A DNA stretch of 64,000 nucleotides from Armatimonadota bacterium (GTDB lineage Bacteria > Armatimonadota > Hebobacteria > CAIYQO01): assembly GCA_038248345.1 (NCBI GenBank), contig JBBRXO010000002.1:1-64000 (forward strand), written 5' to 3'. Within the stretch, counting starts at the first letter, position 1. Every line of letters starts with the position of its first letter. The notes under the pieces were generated by a model. The model had not been told where the DNA came from. It did no database searches and saw nothing but the letters and a program-made list of their open reading frames with translations. Below, piece after piece: positions 51,235 to 59,886 of the stretch. The translations under genes and the position numbers were made by a program.

Positions 51235-51348
51235 ACCTAACCCCCAGCCCCTTCTCTGCGCGGGAAGGGGTGTCGATTCAATGATTATCTATTGAAGAAC
51301 GATCATTCTCCCCCTTCCCGCGCCGGGAAGGGGGTCGGGGGGTTAGGT
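51235..51348. repeat. Inverted-repeat element ACCTAACCCCC..CCCCTT / AAGGGGG..GGGGGTTAGGT
   Basis: Two inverted C/G-rich palindromic arms about 35 nt apart. Confidence 0.7.
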
Positions 51349-51375
51349 CGACCAAGGCTTTTCATCCCCAAACTA

Positions 51376-51430
51376 TGATAGCGCGCTTCAGCGTGCTTGC
51401 CGTTGTTAGCCACCTCCTTCAGGGGGTGGC
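51376..51430. repeat. Family B sub-module
   Basis: tgatagcgcgcttcagcgtgcttgccgttgttagccacctccttcagggggtggc, nearly identical to 38526-38580. Confidence 0.8.
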
Positions 51431-51498
51431 TTTCCCTATCCCTCATAATCCTACCGCTTCCCTCTCCCCCGTTCCACCCACTGAGGCCACTATTTCGC

Positions 51499-51545
51499 GC
51501 ACTTGGGTGCTTGGTGGCTGGGGTGGTTTGGCATATACTATTGGC
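51499..51545 (+). promoter_or_regulatory. Response-regulator promoter with upstream palindrome
   Basis: GCACTtgGGTGC-TTGGTG-17-TATACT-6-ATG. Confidence 0.7.
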
Positions 51546-52280
51546 ATGTACGATATTCTGCTGGTGGAAGATAACGCGCGGTTGCGCCCGGCGCTGGTGA
51601 GTGGATTGAACGCTACCGGCAAAGTGCGGTTGGCGCACGCCTGCGCGAGCGGGGAAGAGGCGCTGGCGTGGTGTCGCGAGCACACGGCGCAGGCGATATT
51701 GATGGACGTGCAACTGGCCGGGGAGATGAACGGCATCGCGGCGGCGGTGGCAATACGACGCGAATATGCGCGTATGCCGGTAGTCTTCTACAGCATCCAG
51801 GATGACGACGCCTACTACCGCGCCTTCCGCCACGCGGGCATCCTCAGCCATTACGCCTACGTGCGCAAGTCGAACTACTTGCTACCGCAGTTGATCGTGC
51901 CCTTGCTGCAGGATGCCATCTCCGGGCGCAGTTTCATCGACCCGGATATCGAGGCGCGTGTGCAGGAAGTACGCCACAAAGACGCGCGCGACCCGATGGC
52001 GCTGCTGGAGCCGAACGAGCAAGAGGTGGCGCGCATGATCGCACGGGGGATGACCAACGAGCAAATCGCCGCGCAACTGGGCTTCCGCGATAAGCGCACC
52101 ATCAGCCGCACCGACGGGCAGATATATGCCAGTTGGGGGCTGGACGCCAGCAACACTGATGAAAAAATAGCCCGCACCCGCGCAGTGATTATCATGCAGT
52201 CAGGCCGGTTGCTGGCCTGGGATACCGACGGCACCCCACGCGTGGAGGCAGAGAATGGCGAATGGGTGGTGTGGGAGTAG
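51546..52280 (+). CDS. NarL/LuxR-family response regulator
   Basis: ILLVED, ILMDVQL..NG, YVRK; C-terminal G.TNEQIA..LG HTH. Confidence 0.9.
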   Translation: MYDILLVEDNARLRPALVSGLNATGKVRLAHACASGEEALAWCREHTAQAILMDVQLAGEMNGIAAAVAIRREYARMPVVFYSIQDDDAYYRAFRHAGILSHYAYVRKSNYLLPQLIVPLLQDAISGRSFIDPDIEARVQEVRHKDARDPMALLEPNEQEVARMIARGMTNEQIAAQLGFRDKRTISRTDGQIYASWGLDASNTDEKIARTRAVIIMQSGRLLAWDTDGTPRVEAENGEWVVWE

Positions 52281-52295
52281 GTTATGCCTTCACCT

Positions 52296-53081
52296 TCACC
52301 GCAATTGCTGCGCTGCAGTGAAGCTCTGTCGGATAGTGCCGATGATGGCAATTACCGCGGTAAACATGCTGGCGGCGGTGATCATATAGACCACCATGAT
52401 CTGGTAATGCACCGCCTGCAACGGATTCTGCCCGGCGATTATCTGCCCGGTCATCATGCCGGGGAGTGAGACAATCCCCACCACCAGCATACTATTGACG
52501 CTGGGCATGATGGCTGTGCGCAACGCGTCGCGGCGCAGCGGATGTACTGCCTGCGCGGGAGTGGCACCCAGCGCCAGCGCCGTCTCCACCTCATTGCGGC
52601 GCGTGCGCAGGTCGCCGACAAAGCGGCTCACCGCTACCGCCCCGGCGTTCATGGCATTGCCGGTGATCATCCCCGCCAGCGGCAGCACGTACTGCGCCTT
52701 CAGCCATGGTTGATACTGGTGCAGCACCAACACCAGCACAAAAAGCAGCACCGAGACGCTGCCGCTGACAATGGCGACGGTGAAAACCAGCGCCTTGCCG
52801 GGCAACGGCTCTTTGATACGCCCCTGCGCGGTATGCACCGCCACCCCCAGCATGATGCCCAACGCCAGCAACACCCAGTACCACTCGCCCAGCCCGGCAC
52901 GATTGATGACGAAGAGTAACACGTAGCCGGTGGCGGAAAGCTGCAGGAAGGAACGGATGATCCCCCAGAACAACTCCTTCTCCAGCCCCAGTTGCAGCCG
53001 CCAGGAGACGGCCATACTGGCGAAAACGAGCGTACCGGCAATGAGCAAATCCAGGTAACTGATGGGGATAGTCGGTTCCAT
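52296..53081 (-). CDS. fetB: FetB/YbbM (UPF0014) ABC permease
   Basis: R...QL...GY.L, P..GMI.GNAMN, E..LALGAT, G.VSLPGMMTGQI.AG..P..AV.YQI. Confidence 0.88.
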   Translation of the reverse strand: MEPTIPISYLDLLIAGTLVFASMAVSWRLQLGLEKELFWGIIRSFLQLSATGYVLLFVINRAGLGEWYWVLLALGIMLGVAVHTAQGRIKEPLPGKALVFTVAIVSGSVSVLLFVLVLVLHQYQPWLKAQYVLPLAGMITGNAMNAGAVAVSRFVGDLRTRRNEVETALALGATPAQAVHPLRRDALRTAIMPSVNSMLVVGIVSLPGMMTGQIIAGQNPLQAVHYQIMVVYMITAASMFTAVIAIIGTIRQSFTAAQQLR

Positions 53082-53810
53082 CTATGCCACCTCCAGCCGA
53101 CGTTGTGTCACCACTGCCAGCGCGCTCTCCGCATCGGGGTAAAGCTCTGCCGTGCCCCCGCTCAGCAGCAACGTGGGGCAGGCCAGTCGCAGCAACACCT
53201 CACGCGTGTGTGTCACCATCACCAGCGTCAGCCCACTCTCCGCATTACGGCGCAACAACGCGGCCAGCAACGCAGCGGTGGACTCCTCGTCCAGCGCCGA
53301 GGTCGGCTCGTCGAGGAGCAACACCTCCGGCGACAGCGCCAGTGCCCGCGCCAGCGCCACCCGCTGCTGCTGCCCGCCGGATAATTGCCGCGCACGGCGT
53401 TCCAGCAACTCATCTGGCAGGCCAACCTCAACCAGCAGCGTCGCCGCCTCCTCCGTTGACAACGTCCGCCCCGCCAGCTTCAGTGGATAGGCGAGGTTGG
53501 CGAGCACGGTATCATCGAAGAGCGTCGGCTGCTGAAATAACATGGCCACCCGGCGGCGCAGCGCCACCGGCTCCAGTTGTGGCAGGGGTACGCCGTCAAG
53601 GAGGATCTCCCCGCTCGCCGGGTCATCCAGGCGGTTCAGTAGCCGCAGCAGACTGCTCTTACCACTGCCCGAAGGCCCGATAATCGCCAGCCTGCCGCCC
53701 GCTGGCGCCACGAGCGAGACGTCGCGCAGGATCTGCAACACCTGCATCTCCTCCCCCACCAGCGCCGGACGCGCCACTGTCACCCCCCGCAAAGTTATCT
53801 TATCAGCCAT
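53082..53810 (-). CDS. fetA: FetA/YbbL-like ABC ATP-binding protein
   Basis: [26 protein letters not shown]; adjacent to fetB. Confidence 0.82.
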   Translation of the reverse strand: MADKITLRGVTVARPALVGEEMQVLQILRDVSLVAPAGGRLAIIGPSGSGKSSLLRLLNRLDDPASGEILLDGVPLPQLEPVALRRRVAMLFQQPTLFDDTVLANLAYPLKLAGRTLSTEEAATLLVEVGLPDELLERRARQLSGGQQQRVALARALALSPEVLLLDEPTSALDEESTAALLAALLRRNAESGLTLVMVTHTREVLLRLACPTLLLSGGTAELYPDAESALAVVTQRRLEVA

Positions 53811-53983
53811 GCTGTTTATTTTCGGGTATGCGGTGGGGTTCTCCTGCAAATGGGGAGACGTATCTGGTATCCACCGCTTCGCGGTGGATACCATGTATTT
53901 ATATATTATTCTCTCTTCGTGTCTTCGTGCCTTCGTGGTTCACAATAACTAGGAACTAGGAACTAGAAACTACGAACTCCCCC

Positions 53984-54030
53984 GCACTCAAGTGCTTGGT
54001 AACTCCCGCTGATTCTCCTATACTATGGGC
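53984..54030 (+). promoter_or_regulatory. Histidine-kinase promoter with upstream palindrome
   Basis: GCACTcaAGTGC-TTGGTA-17-TATACT-6-ATG. Confidence 0.7.
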
Positions 54031-54063
54031 ATGTACACTAACATCGGGCAGGTAGGTGGATAA
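54031..54063 (+). CDS. Candidate leaderless 10-aa uORF (MYTNIGQVGG) coupled to the kinase
   Basis: ATG at predicted +1; TAA overlaps the kinase ATG (TAATG). Confidence 0.4.
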   Translation: MYTNIGQVGG

Positions 54064-56144
54064 TGGACGTGCTGGGTTGGGGGTTGCTGGCTATCTCGCT
54101 CTTTATCGTCTGCCTGCTCGTCTGGCTGGCGGTCACCGTGTTCCTCACCGCAGAGCGGCGTGATCGGTATGTCTGGCTTATCTGTCTGGCCATGCTGGTG
54201 GGGGCGGCTTTCTTCGGCGTGCATGCCGTGTTGATGAGCAATGGGCATAACTCGGGCACCGCGCTGGCGCTGGCCCAGTGGCCGCTGGTATGGGTGGTGG
54301 GGGTGCTATTGCCCTGCGCCTGGTATATGGCGGTGCTCTGGCACACCGGCTTCTGGGAAAGTCGCCGTGCTATGCGACACCGGGCGCTGCACACCATCGC
54401 CTATTATGCGCTAGTGGTTTTTCTCTTCACCTGTGCCATACTGGTGTTCTCTGATCCCACTATCCGTGCTCATCCCTGGGCATTGTTATCCCCTTTCAAC
54501 CCGGCATACATCCTCGCCGGGCCATATTTTCACCGGGTGCCGGTGCTGGCGCTCATCTTCATCACCGTCATGGTGCTCTGCATTGCGCTGGCGCTCGATG
54601 TGCTCTATCATCCGGCACCCTCGGCACGGCTGATGGGCGACACCGCCCGCATGCGCGCACGGCCATATCTGGTGGGCATCACTCTGGCGCCCTTTGCCGT
54701 CAGTCTGCTGGTGTGCGGTACGTTGCTGCACTTCATGCCGGAGATACTCTACATTCACTCACGTACCCTCGCACCGGCGACCGCCCTGCAGATGAGTTGG
54801 ATTGACCTCGCTATTGTCACGCTGATTGCAGCCACCGTCTTCCTTATGGGGCAGGCCATCGTCTCCTACGAGATCTTCACCGGCAATGCGCTGTTACGTC
54901 AGGGGTTGCGCCGGCGCTGGTACAGCGCGGTGACGCTGGCCGCTGGCTTCAGCGCACTGCTCGGCGCACTGGTGGTTTTTGATTTGCCCATCGTCTTCGG
55001 CGCGCTCATCATCTGCGCGGTGGTGGGGGCGCTCTACGCCGTCAACACCTGGCGCAGCTTCGCCGAACACGAGGCCGCTATCGCCAATATCCGCCTTTTT
55101 ACCACCGGGAACCTCGCCTACGACGCCCCCGCGGAGCATGAGCTGTACTTCCAGCAACTCTGCGAGAAGTTCCTCGGCGTGCGCAGCGCCGGCCTGCTAC
55201 CGCTGGGGTCGTATGCGCTGCTCCTGCGCCCGCTGGCCTACCCGACGGATAGCCAGTTGCCGGATTCCGTGACCGCCCTCGCTGCGCAGTTCACTGACCC
55301 ACAGACGCTCTGCCTGCCGATTGCGACGCCTCCATTTTCCTGGGCCGTGCCGCTCTGGCACGAGCGCGGTCTGAATGGACTGCTGCTGCTGGGCGCGAAG
55401 CGCGACGACGGCCTCTACACGCAGGAGGAGATGGAGGTGGCGCGCGCCATCGGCGAGCAATTGCTGGAACGGCTGGCGGGCAATGAATTGACGCGGCGGT
55501 TGGTGCTGCTGCAACGCACGCGCATGATGGAGGAACAGGTGGTAGATCAGCGCACGCGGCGCACGCTGCATGATGAAGTGCTACCCAGTGTGCAGACGCT
55601 GATGATCGCCTTGAGCGCCGGGCAACTGGACACCCCGGCGCTGCTGACACAACTTACGGAGGTGCATCAGCAGATCGCCGATATCCTGCACGCCATGCCC
55701 ACCGCCAGCAACAACACCCTGCAGGAGAAAGGCATCGTCGGCGCGCTGCAGCAGTTCATCGAGGTCGACCTGCGCGACAGTTTCGCGAACGTCAGCTGGG
55801 AGCTATGCCCCGGCTACGGTGAGCGGCTGGCCGCCCTCCCTCCGCTCACCACCGAGGTGCTCTTCGGCGCCGCGCGCGAAGCCGTGCGCAACGCCGCCCG
55901 CCACGCCGCCGGTGGCGATACCTCTCGCCCCATTCAGCTGCACCTGCGTGTAACGGATACCGACGGCCTGCTACGCCTCATCATCGAAGACGACGGCATC
56001 GGCCACGCCGCCCCCCAGGTAACCACCAGCACCGGCCACGGCGTCATGCTGCACAGCACGCTGCTGGCGGTAATTGGAGGTAGCTGGGAGATGACCAGTA
56101 CGGCAGGAACGGGTACGCGGGTTTCATTGCGAGTGAGTGGGTAA
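54063..56144 (+). CDS. Multi-TM sensor histidine kinase (HisKA_3 type) with GAF-like domain
   Basis: About 9 TM; G.LLLG.KR....YT.EE; RTRRTLHDEVL H-box; EAVRNAARHA, IEDDGIG, GHG, GTGTRV. Confidence 0.88.
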   Translation: MDVLGWGLLAISLFIVCLLVWLAVTVFLTAERRDRYVWLICLAMLVGAAFFGVHAVLMSNGHNSGTALALAQWPLVWVVGVLLPCAWYMAVLWHTGFWESRRAMRHRALHTIAYYALVVFLFTCAILVFSDPTIRAHPWALLSPFNPAYILAGPYFHRVPVLALIFITVMVLCIALALDVLYHPAPSARLMGDTARMRARPYLVGITLAPFAVSLLVCGTLLHFMPEILYIHSRTLAPATALQMSWIDLAIVTLIAATVFLMGQAIVSYEIFTGNALLRQGLRRRWYSAVTLAAGFSALLGALVVFDLPIVFGALIICAVVGALYAVNTWRSFAEHEAAIANIRLFTTGNLAYDAPAEHELYFQQLCEKFLGVRSAGLLPLGSYALLLRPLAYPTDSQLPDSVTALAAQFTDPQTLCLPIATPPFSWAVPLWHERGLNGLLLLGAKRDDGLYTQEEMEVARAIGEQLLERLAGNELTRRLVLLQRTRMMEEQVVDQRTRRTLHDEVLPSVQTLMIALSAGQLDTPALLTQLTEVHQQIADILHAMPTASNNTLQEKGIVGALQQFIEVDLRDSFANVSWELCPGYGERLAALPPLTTEVLFGAAREAVRNAARHAAGGDTSRPIQLHLRVTDTDGLLRLIIEDDGIGHAAPQVTTSTGHGVMLHSTLLAVIGGSWEMTSTAGTGTRVSLRVSG

Positions 56145-56150
56145 GCCTCT

Positions 56151-56195
56151 CAGGAGTATCGTTTTTAGCGCCAGTCACTAAAAACGATACTCCGG
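56151..56195. repeat. Hairpin sharing its end with 30516 element; possible terminator of kinase gene
   Basis: ggagtatcgtttttag...ctaaaaacgatactcc. Confidence 0.6.
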
Positions 56196-56208
56196 GGTTT
56201 CCGATCCT

Positions 56209-56383
56209 TTACCACGCGCTAAAGCACATGGCTATAAGATCAAGCACCCTGAAGGGCGCTGCTAATCCAATAATTACTTCCTTTATCTGCCCATGCCACG
56301 AAAAGCCATAACGTTTATTCTCAATTAGATGATAGAGCGCTTTAGCGTGCTTGATCTTATAGCCACGTCCTTTAGGGCGTGGA
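56209..56383. repeat. Inverted pair of family B sub-modules
   Basis: ccacgcgctaaagcacatggctataagatcaagcac...gtgcttgatcttatagccacgtcctttagggcgtgg; left arm matches 30351-30400. Confidence 0.8.
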
Positions 56384-56468
56384 GGTGTCACAGCATCGGG
56401 GTGCGGATATCTAAATACGATAATCCCTCACCCTTGCGCCTCGCCCCCGCCAGTGATAAAATATTCAT

Positions 56469-57092
56469 ATGGCTGACTACATCGTTATCGGTGATATCCA
56501 CGGCATGGATGGAATGCTGGACAAGCTGCTGGGGTGCCTGCCGGAGGCGGGGACACTGGTGTTTCTCGGCGACTATATCGACCGCGGGCCGGGATCGCGC
56601 AAAGTGCTTGAGCGGCTGCTGGAGCTGGAACAACAGCGCACGTGCGTCTTCCTGCGCGGCAACCATGAGATGCTGGCGCTGGATGCCCTGAAAGGTGACC
56701 AGCAGGCGGAGCTGACCTGGATATTTAACGGCGGCGCAGAGACTATCACTGAATACGACGACGGGATTTTTCCGCCCGAGCACCTTGATTTCATCAAGCG
56801 CACGCAGCTTTACCACCTCACCCCCGAGACGATATTTGTCCACGCTGGGCTGGAGCCGGGTATCCCGATAGAATTGAATGAAGAGCGTACCTTCTGCTGG
56901 ATGCGCGAACCATTCCTGAGCAGCGCCTATCACTGGGGCCGTCTGGTCGTTCACGGCCATACGCCTAACCATGCTTATAAAACAGAAATTCGCCCCAACC
57001 GCATTAACATCGACACCGGGGCCGTATACGGTGGGGCGCTGACAGCGCTACTGCTCCCAGAACGTGAGTTCATTGCAGTGACGAGTGGATAG
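56469..57092 (+). CDS. PrpA/PphA-like Ser/Thr protein phosphatase (metallophosphoesterase)
   Basis: GDIHG, GDYIDRG, RGNHE, VHAG, HGHTP, IDTG. Confidence 0.92.
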   Translation: MADYIVIGDIHGMDGMLDKLLGCLPEAGTLVFLGDYIDRGPGSRKVLERLLELEQQRTCVFLRGNHEMLALDALKGDQQAELTWIFNGGAETITEYDDGIFPPEHLDFIKRTQLYHLTPETIFVHAGLEPGIPIELNEERTFCWMREPFLSSAYHWGRLVVHGHTPNHAYKTEIRPNRINIDTGAVYGGALTALLLPEREFIAVTSG

Positions 57093-57132
57093 CAAATATA
57101 CTTCTGACGTGAGCGTATAACCTTTTAAGCAG

Positions 57133-58227
57133 CTACCGCCCCATCCCAGCGAGGTCGCGCTCCACTGTCCCACAGATGCAATGCAGTAGCGCCATGTGCG
57201 CCAACTGAATATTGGGGGTATCCGTGGTGGGCACATCAAAAATGATATCACACATACCCGCAAGGGCGCTTGGATTCCCACCGGTAAAGGCGATCACTTT
57301 CATTTGCCGTTCCCGTGCTGCTTCGGCGGCGGCGACGATATTGGGGGTGTTGCCGCTGGTGGAGACCGCAATTAATATGTCACCTGCATAGCCCAACGCC
57401 TCCACCTGGCGGGAGAAGATATGCTTAAACCCGTAATTATTGCTCAATGAAGTCACCACCGAGGAGTCAGCAGTGAGGGCAATCACAGGCCAGCCACGCC
57501 GCTCCAGCTTATGGCGCCCCACTAGCTCTGCGGCGAAATGCTGGGCTTCCGCTGCACTACCGCCGTTGCCACAGGTAAGGACTTTGCTGCCTGTCCGCAG
57601 TGCTGCTGAAATTACTTCCGCCGCGCGCGCCACTTCGCCCGCCAGCTTATAGGCCGTCTGGCGTAGCATATTACTCGCGGTGAGTAATTCATCGGAGATT
57701 GAACAGATCACCTCGGCATCAGCATCCTCGGGCGCCAGCAATCTACTGATGATCTTCGAGGTGCTCACGCCCTCAATCAACGGAAGAATACAAACTTCCC
57801 CACCCCCGGCGCGGACTACGGATGTCTCCGGCAGACTCTCCACCGTGTAGTCACCGGATTTGCAGTGAATATGCGGCATAATCGCGGCTAGCCACGCATC
57901 TGGCACGGCATCGCTGAAGACAATCACATAATCCACCGCCCGCAACGCCGCCAGCTGGATAGCCCGATCCTGCTCATTGATGATAGGGCGCCCGGCCCCC
58001 TTCAACCGCTGTACCGAGCTGTCACTGTTCAGTCCCACAATCAGCAAATCGCCCTGCGCGCGCGCCGCTTGAAGCGAGGAGATATGCCCGGCATGGAGCA
58101 GGTCAAAGCATCCGTTAGTAGTAACGATCACTTCACCGCGCTCACGACGAGTAGCGATTTCCCCCAGCAATTCATCCAGGGGGAGCGGCAGCGGGTTAAT
58201 AGCGGATATCACATATGGGTAGTTCAT
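57133..58227 (-). CDS. Fusion of RfaE-domain-II adenylyltransferase and GmhA phosphoheptose isomerase
   Basis: TNGCFDLLHAGH...GLNSD.SV..LKG..RP; then CGNGGSAAEAQHFAAE, FSRQVEA, STSGN, IQ..H...H. Confidence 0.88.
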   Translation of the reverse strand: MNYPYVISAINPLPLPLDELLGEIATRRERGEVIVTTNGCFDLLHAGHISSLQAARAQGDLLIVGLNSDSSVQRLKGAGRPIINEQDRAIQLAALRAVDYVIVFSDAVPDAWLAAIMPHIHCKSGDYTVESLPETSVVRAGGGEVCILPLIEGVSTSKIISRLLAPEDADAEVICSISDELLTASNMLRQTAYKLAGEVARAAEVISAALRTGSKVLTCGNGGSAAEAQHFAAELVGRHKLERRGWPVIALTADSSVVTSLSNNYGFKHIFSRQVEALGYAGDILIAVSTSGNTPNIVAAAEAARERQMKVIAFTGGNPSALAGMCDIIFDVPTTDTPNIQLAHMALLHCICGTVERDLAGMGR

Positions 58228-58305
58228 AGTTAGTATATTTCCCCATCAAACCACAAAATCCTTTTTATCATTATTCCTCTTCTATTCGCTTTTGTCTGTG
58301 GTTAA

Positions 58306-58462
58306 TTAACAGTTTCCTAACAGATAGTCCAGCTTGTATATCGTCAAATTCACGCGTGGTTGAACGGTTCTTAACATAACAAATACCAGCATCATTCTAT
58401 GTCAACAAAATACGAATTAAAAATTAACATGCGCACAATGATGTGCTAACCGAGTCCTAACA
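58306..58462 (+). promoter_or_regulatory. Pho-box-like 11-bp direct repeats upstream of porin
   Basis: YTAACA-type units at 58306/58317, 58371, 58424, 58446/58457. Confidence 0.7.
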
Positions 58463-58558
58463 AAACTCTTGCATTCTACTAATGTAGCAACGCGGAAGGT
58501 GAATTTTGAAAACATCCGCACGTCAAAAAACTCTGGCTTTTTGAAAGGAGCAGAAGAG

Positions 58559-59716
58559 ATGAACAGATCATGGAAAATAGCCGTCGTTCTCGGCATGGCA
58601 CTTGTTGCCGCCGGGGCAGTACAGGCACAGTCGGCCACGGCGGCCAAACCGGTGGCCGTGGCCGTGGTTCCGTCAGTTGACACCACCATCATTAAAATTG
58701 ATGGCCGGATGTACTCCGGGCTAGTAGTCACGGGCCGCGATGGCGCGTACAGCAATCGCAGCATCATTATCCCTGATGCCAAGCTTCGCTTTACCATCAA
58801 CCCAAGCAAGAACATAACCATCGTCAACCGTTTCGACACCAAAAACGCTGCAACTAATGGATTTGATTACTTCTATATGGACGTAAAAAACTATGATGGC
58901 GCCAAAACCGGCAACGTGCTCCGCGTTGGCAAAATTAAAGCCGACTTCGGCGAAGAGACCTGGACCGACAATCCGGTAGAAAACTACCTGGTTTCCAACT
59001 CCGTGGCCTCGATAGGCGGCTATGATGAAGGCGTGAACTTCCGCGGCGCCATCCCCGGTTCCACCCCCGCCACCTACTCCTTCGCCCTGCTCAACGCCAG
59101 CAAGGATGTCGCTATCTCTGCAAAAGGTATGGCCACTGCTACCAAGGTATCTGTTGCCCCTACCAAGGATCTGTACTTCTCCGGCAGCTATTATCAAACC
59201 GGCGACCTGGTAAAGACTGATGGCACGCTTGCCGATAGCGATCTAAAAATTGCCGGTATGCAAAAGGCCCCGGCCGGAGCCACCAGCTGGAAACGGAATG
59301 TATGGGAAGCCGATATGCGCTGGAACTACGGCGCCACCGGGCAGAAAGCGGCCATCGGCGGCAAATTCACCACCCCATTTCAGTTCGCCGCCGCCTTCGG
59401 TCAATTCGATGACCAGGCTACCGGGACGGCCACAGCCGACCGTAAAGGCGACTACTGGTATGCCGAAGGTCAGTATAACGTTAACAAAAAGCTTTACTTC
59501 GCCACGCGTTACAGCGTAACCAGTCTTAAAAATGGCGCTAAAGAAAAATTGGCCGACAGCCCGGTGGCCGTTAGCGAATATCGCCGCTTTTCCGTAGGCG
59601 GTGGGTACCGCATGAGCGCTATGACCCAGCTAAAACTGGAAGTGAGCAACAACGACGCACGCGACAGCAAAAAGATGCTGAACCAGTATTCCCTCGGCAT
59701 CGCAACAAAATTCTAA
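58559..59716 (+). CDS. Outer-membrane porin, probably phosphate-starvation induced (OprO/OprP-like role)
   Basis: Signal peptide, amphipathic beta strands, terminal Phe, heads the pst cluster; AAGGAG before ATG 58559. Confidence 0.7.
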   Translation: MNRSWKIAVVLGMALVAAGAVQAQSATAAKPVAVAVVPSVDTTIIKIDGRMYSGLVVTGRDGAYSNRSIIIPDAKLRFTINPSKNITIVNRFDTKNAATNGFDYFYMDVKNYDGAKTGNVLRVGKIKADFGEETWTDNPVENYLVSNSVASIGGYDEGVNFRGAIPGSTPATYSFALLNASKDVAISAKGMATATKVSVAPTKDLYFSGSYYQTGDLVKTDGTLADSDLKIAGMQKAPAGATSWKRNVWEADMRWNYGATGQKAAIGGKFTTPFQFAAAFGQFDDQATGTATADRKGDYWYAEGQYNVNKKLYFATRYSVTSLKNGAKEKLADSPVAVSEYRRFSVGGGYRMSAMTQLKLEVSNNDARDSKKMLNQYSLGIATKF

Positions 59717-59728
59717 CGACACCTACAA

Positions 59729-59771
59729 CTCACACTGCCCTAACAAATCCCTAACATTACAACTTTAAAAT
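59729..59771 (+). promoter_or_regulatory. Pho box and -10 upstream of pstS
   Basis: CTCACA/CTAACA/CTAACA at 59729, 59740, 59751, then TAAAAT. Confidence 0.75.
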
Positions 59772-59826
59772 ATGGTTGTAATCAATACAGTGTCAGCATA
59801 GGTGAGTACGGCATCGCCGACCACCA

Positions 59827-59860
59827 TCCCATGAATGACCGCTAACGGTCATTCATGGGA
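59827..59860 (+). other. Perfect 15-bp stem-loop in pstS leader
   Basis: tcccatgaatgaccg-ctaa-cggtcattcatggga. Confidence 0.7.
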
Positions 59861-59886
59861 AACGAAACAAACGGAGGAGAGATCAG

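Noticed and set aside
51375..51545. N-terminal extensions in the ORF track (regulator, radA, osmC-like, amtB, glnK, ygiQ, porin, pstC, pstB, fetA)
   Set aside because: They run through promoters or repeats; better starts are supported by SD or -10 spacing
51303..51851. Small ORFs sharing EVANN.K.A.ARY (also 38420-38653 and 47883-48113) as a peptide family
   Set aside because: The similarity is just the translation of non-coding repeat family B
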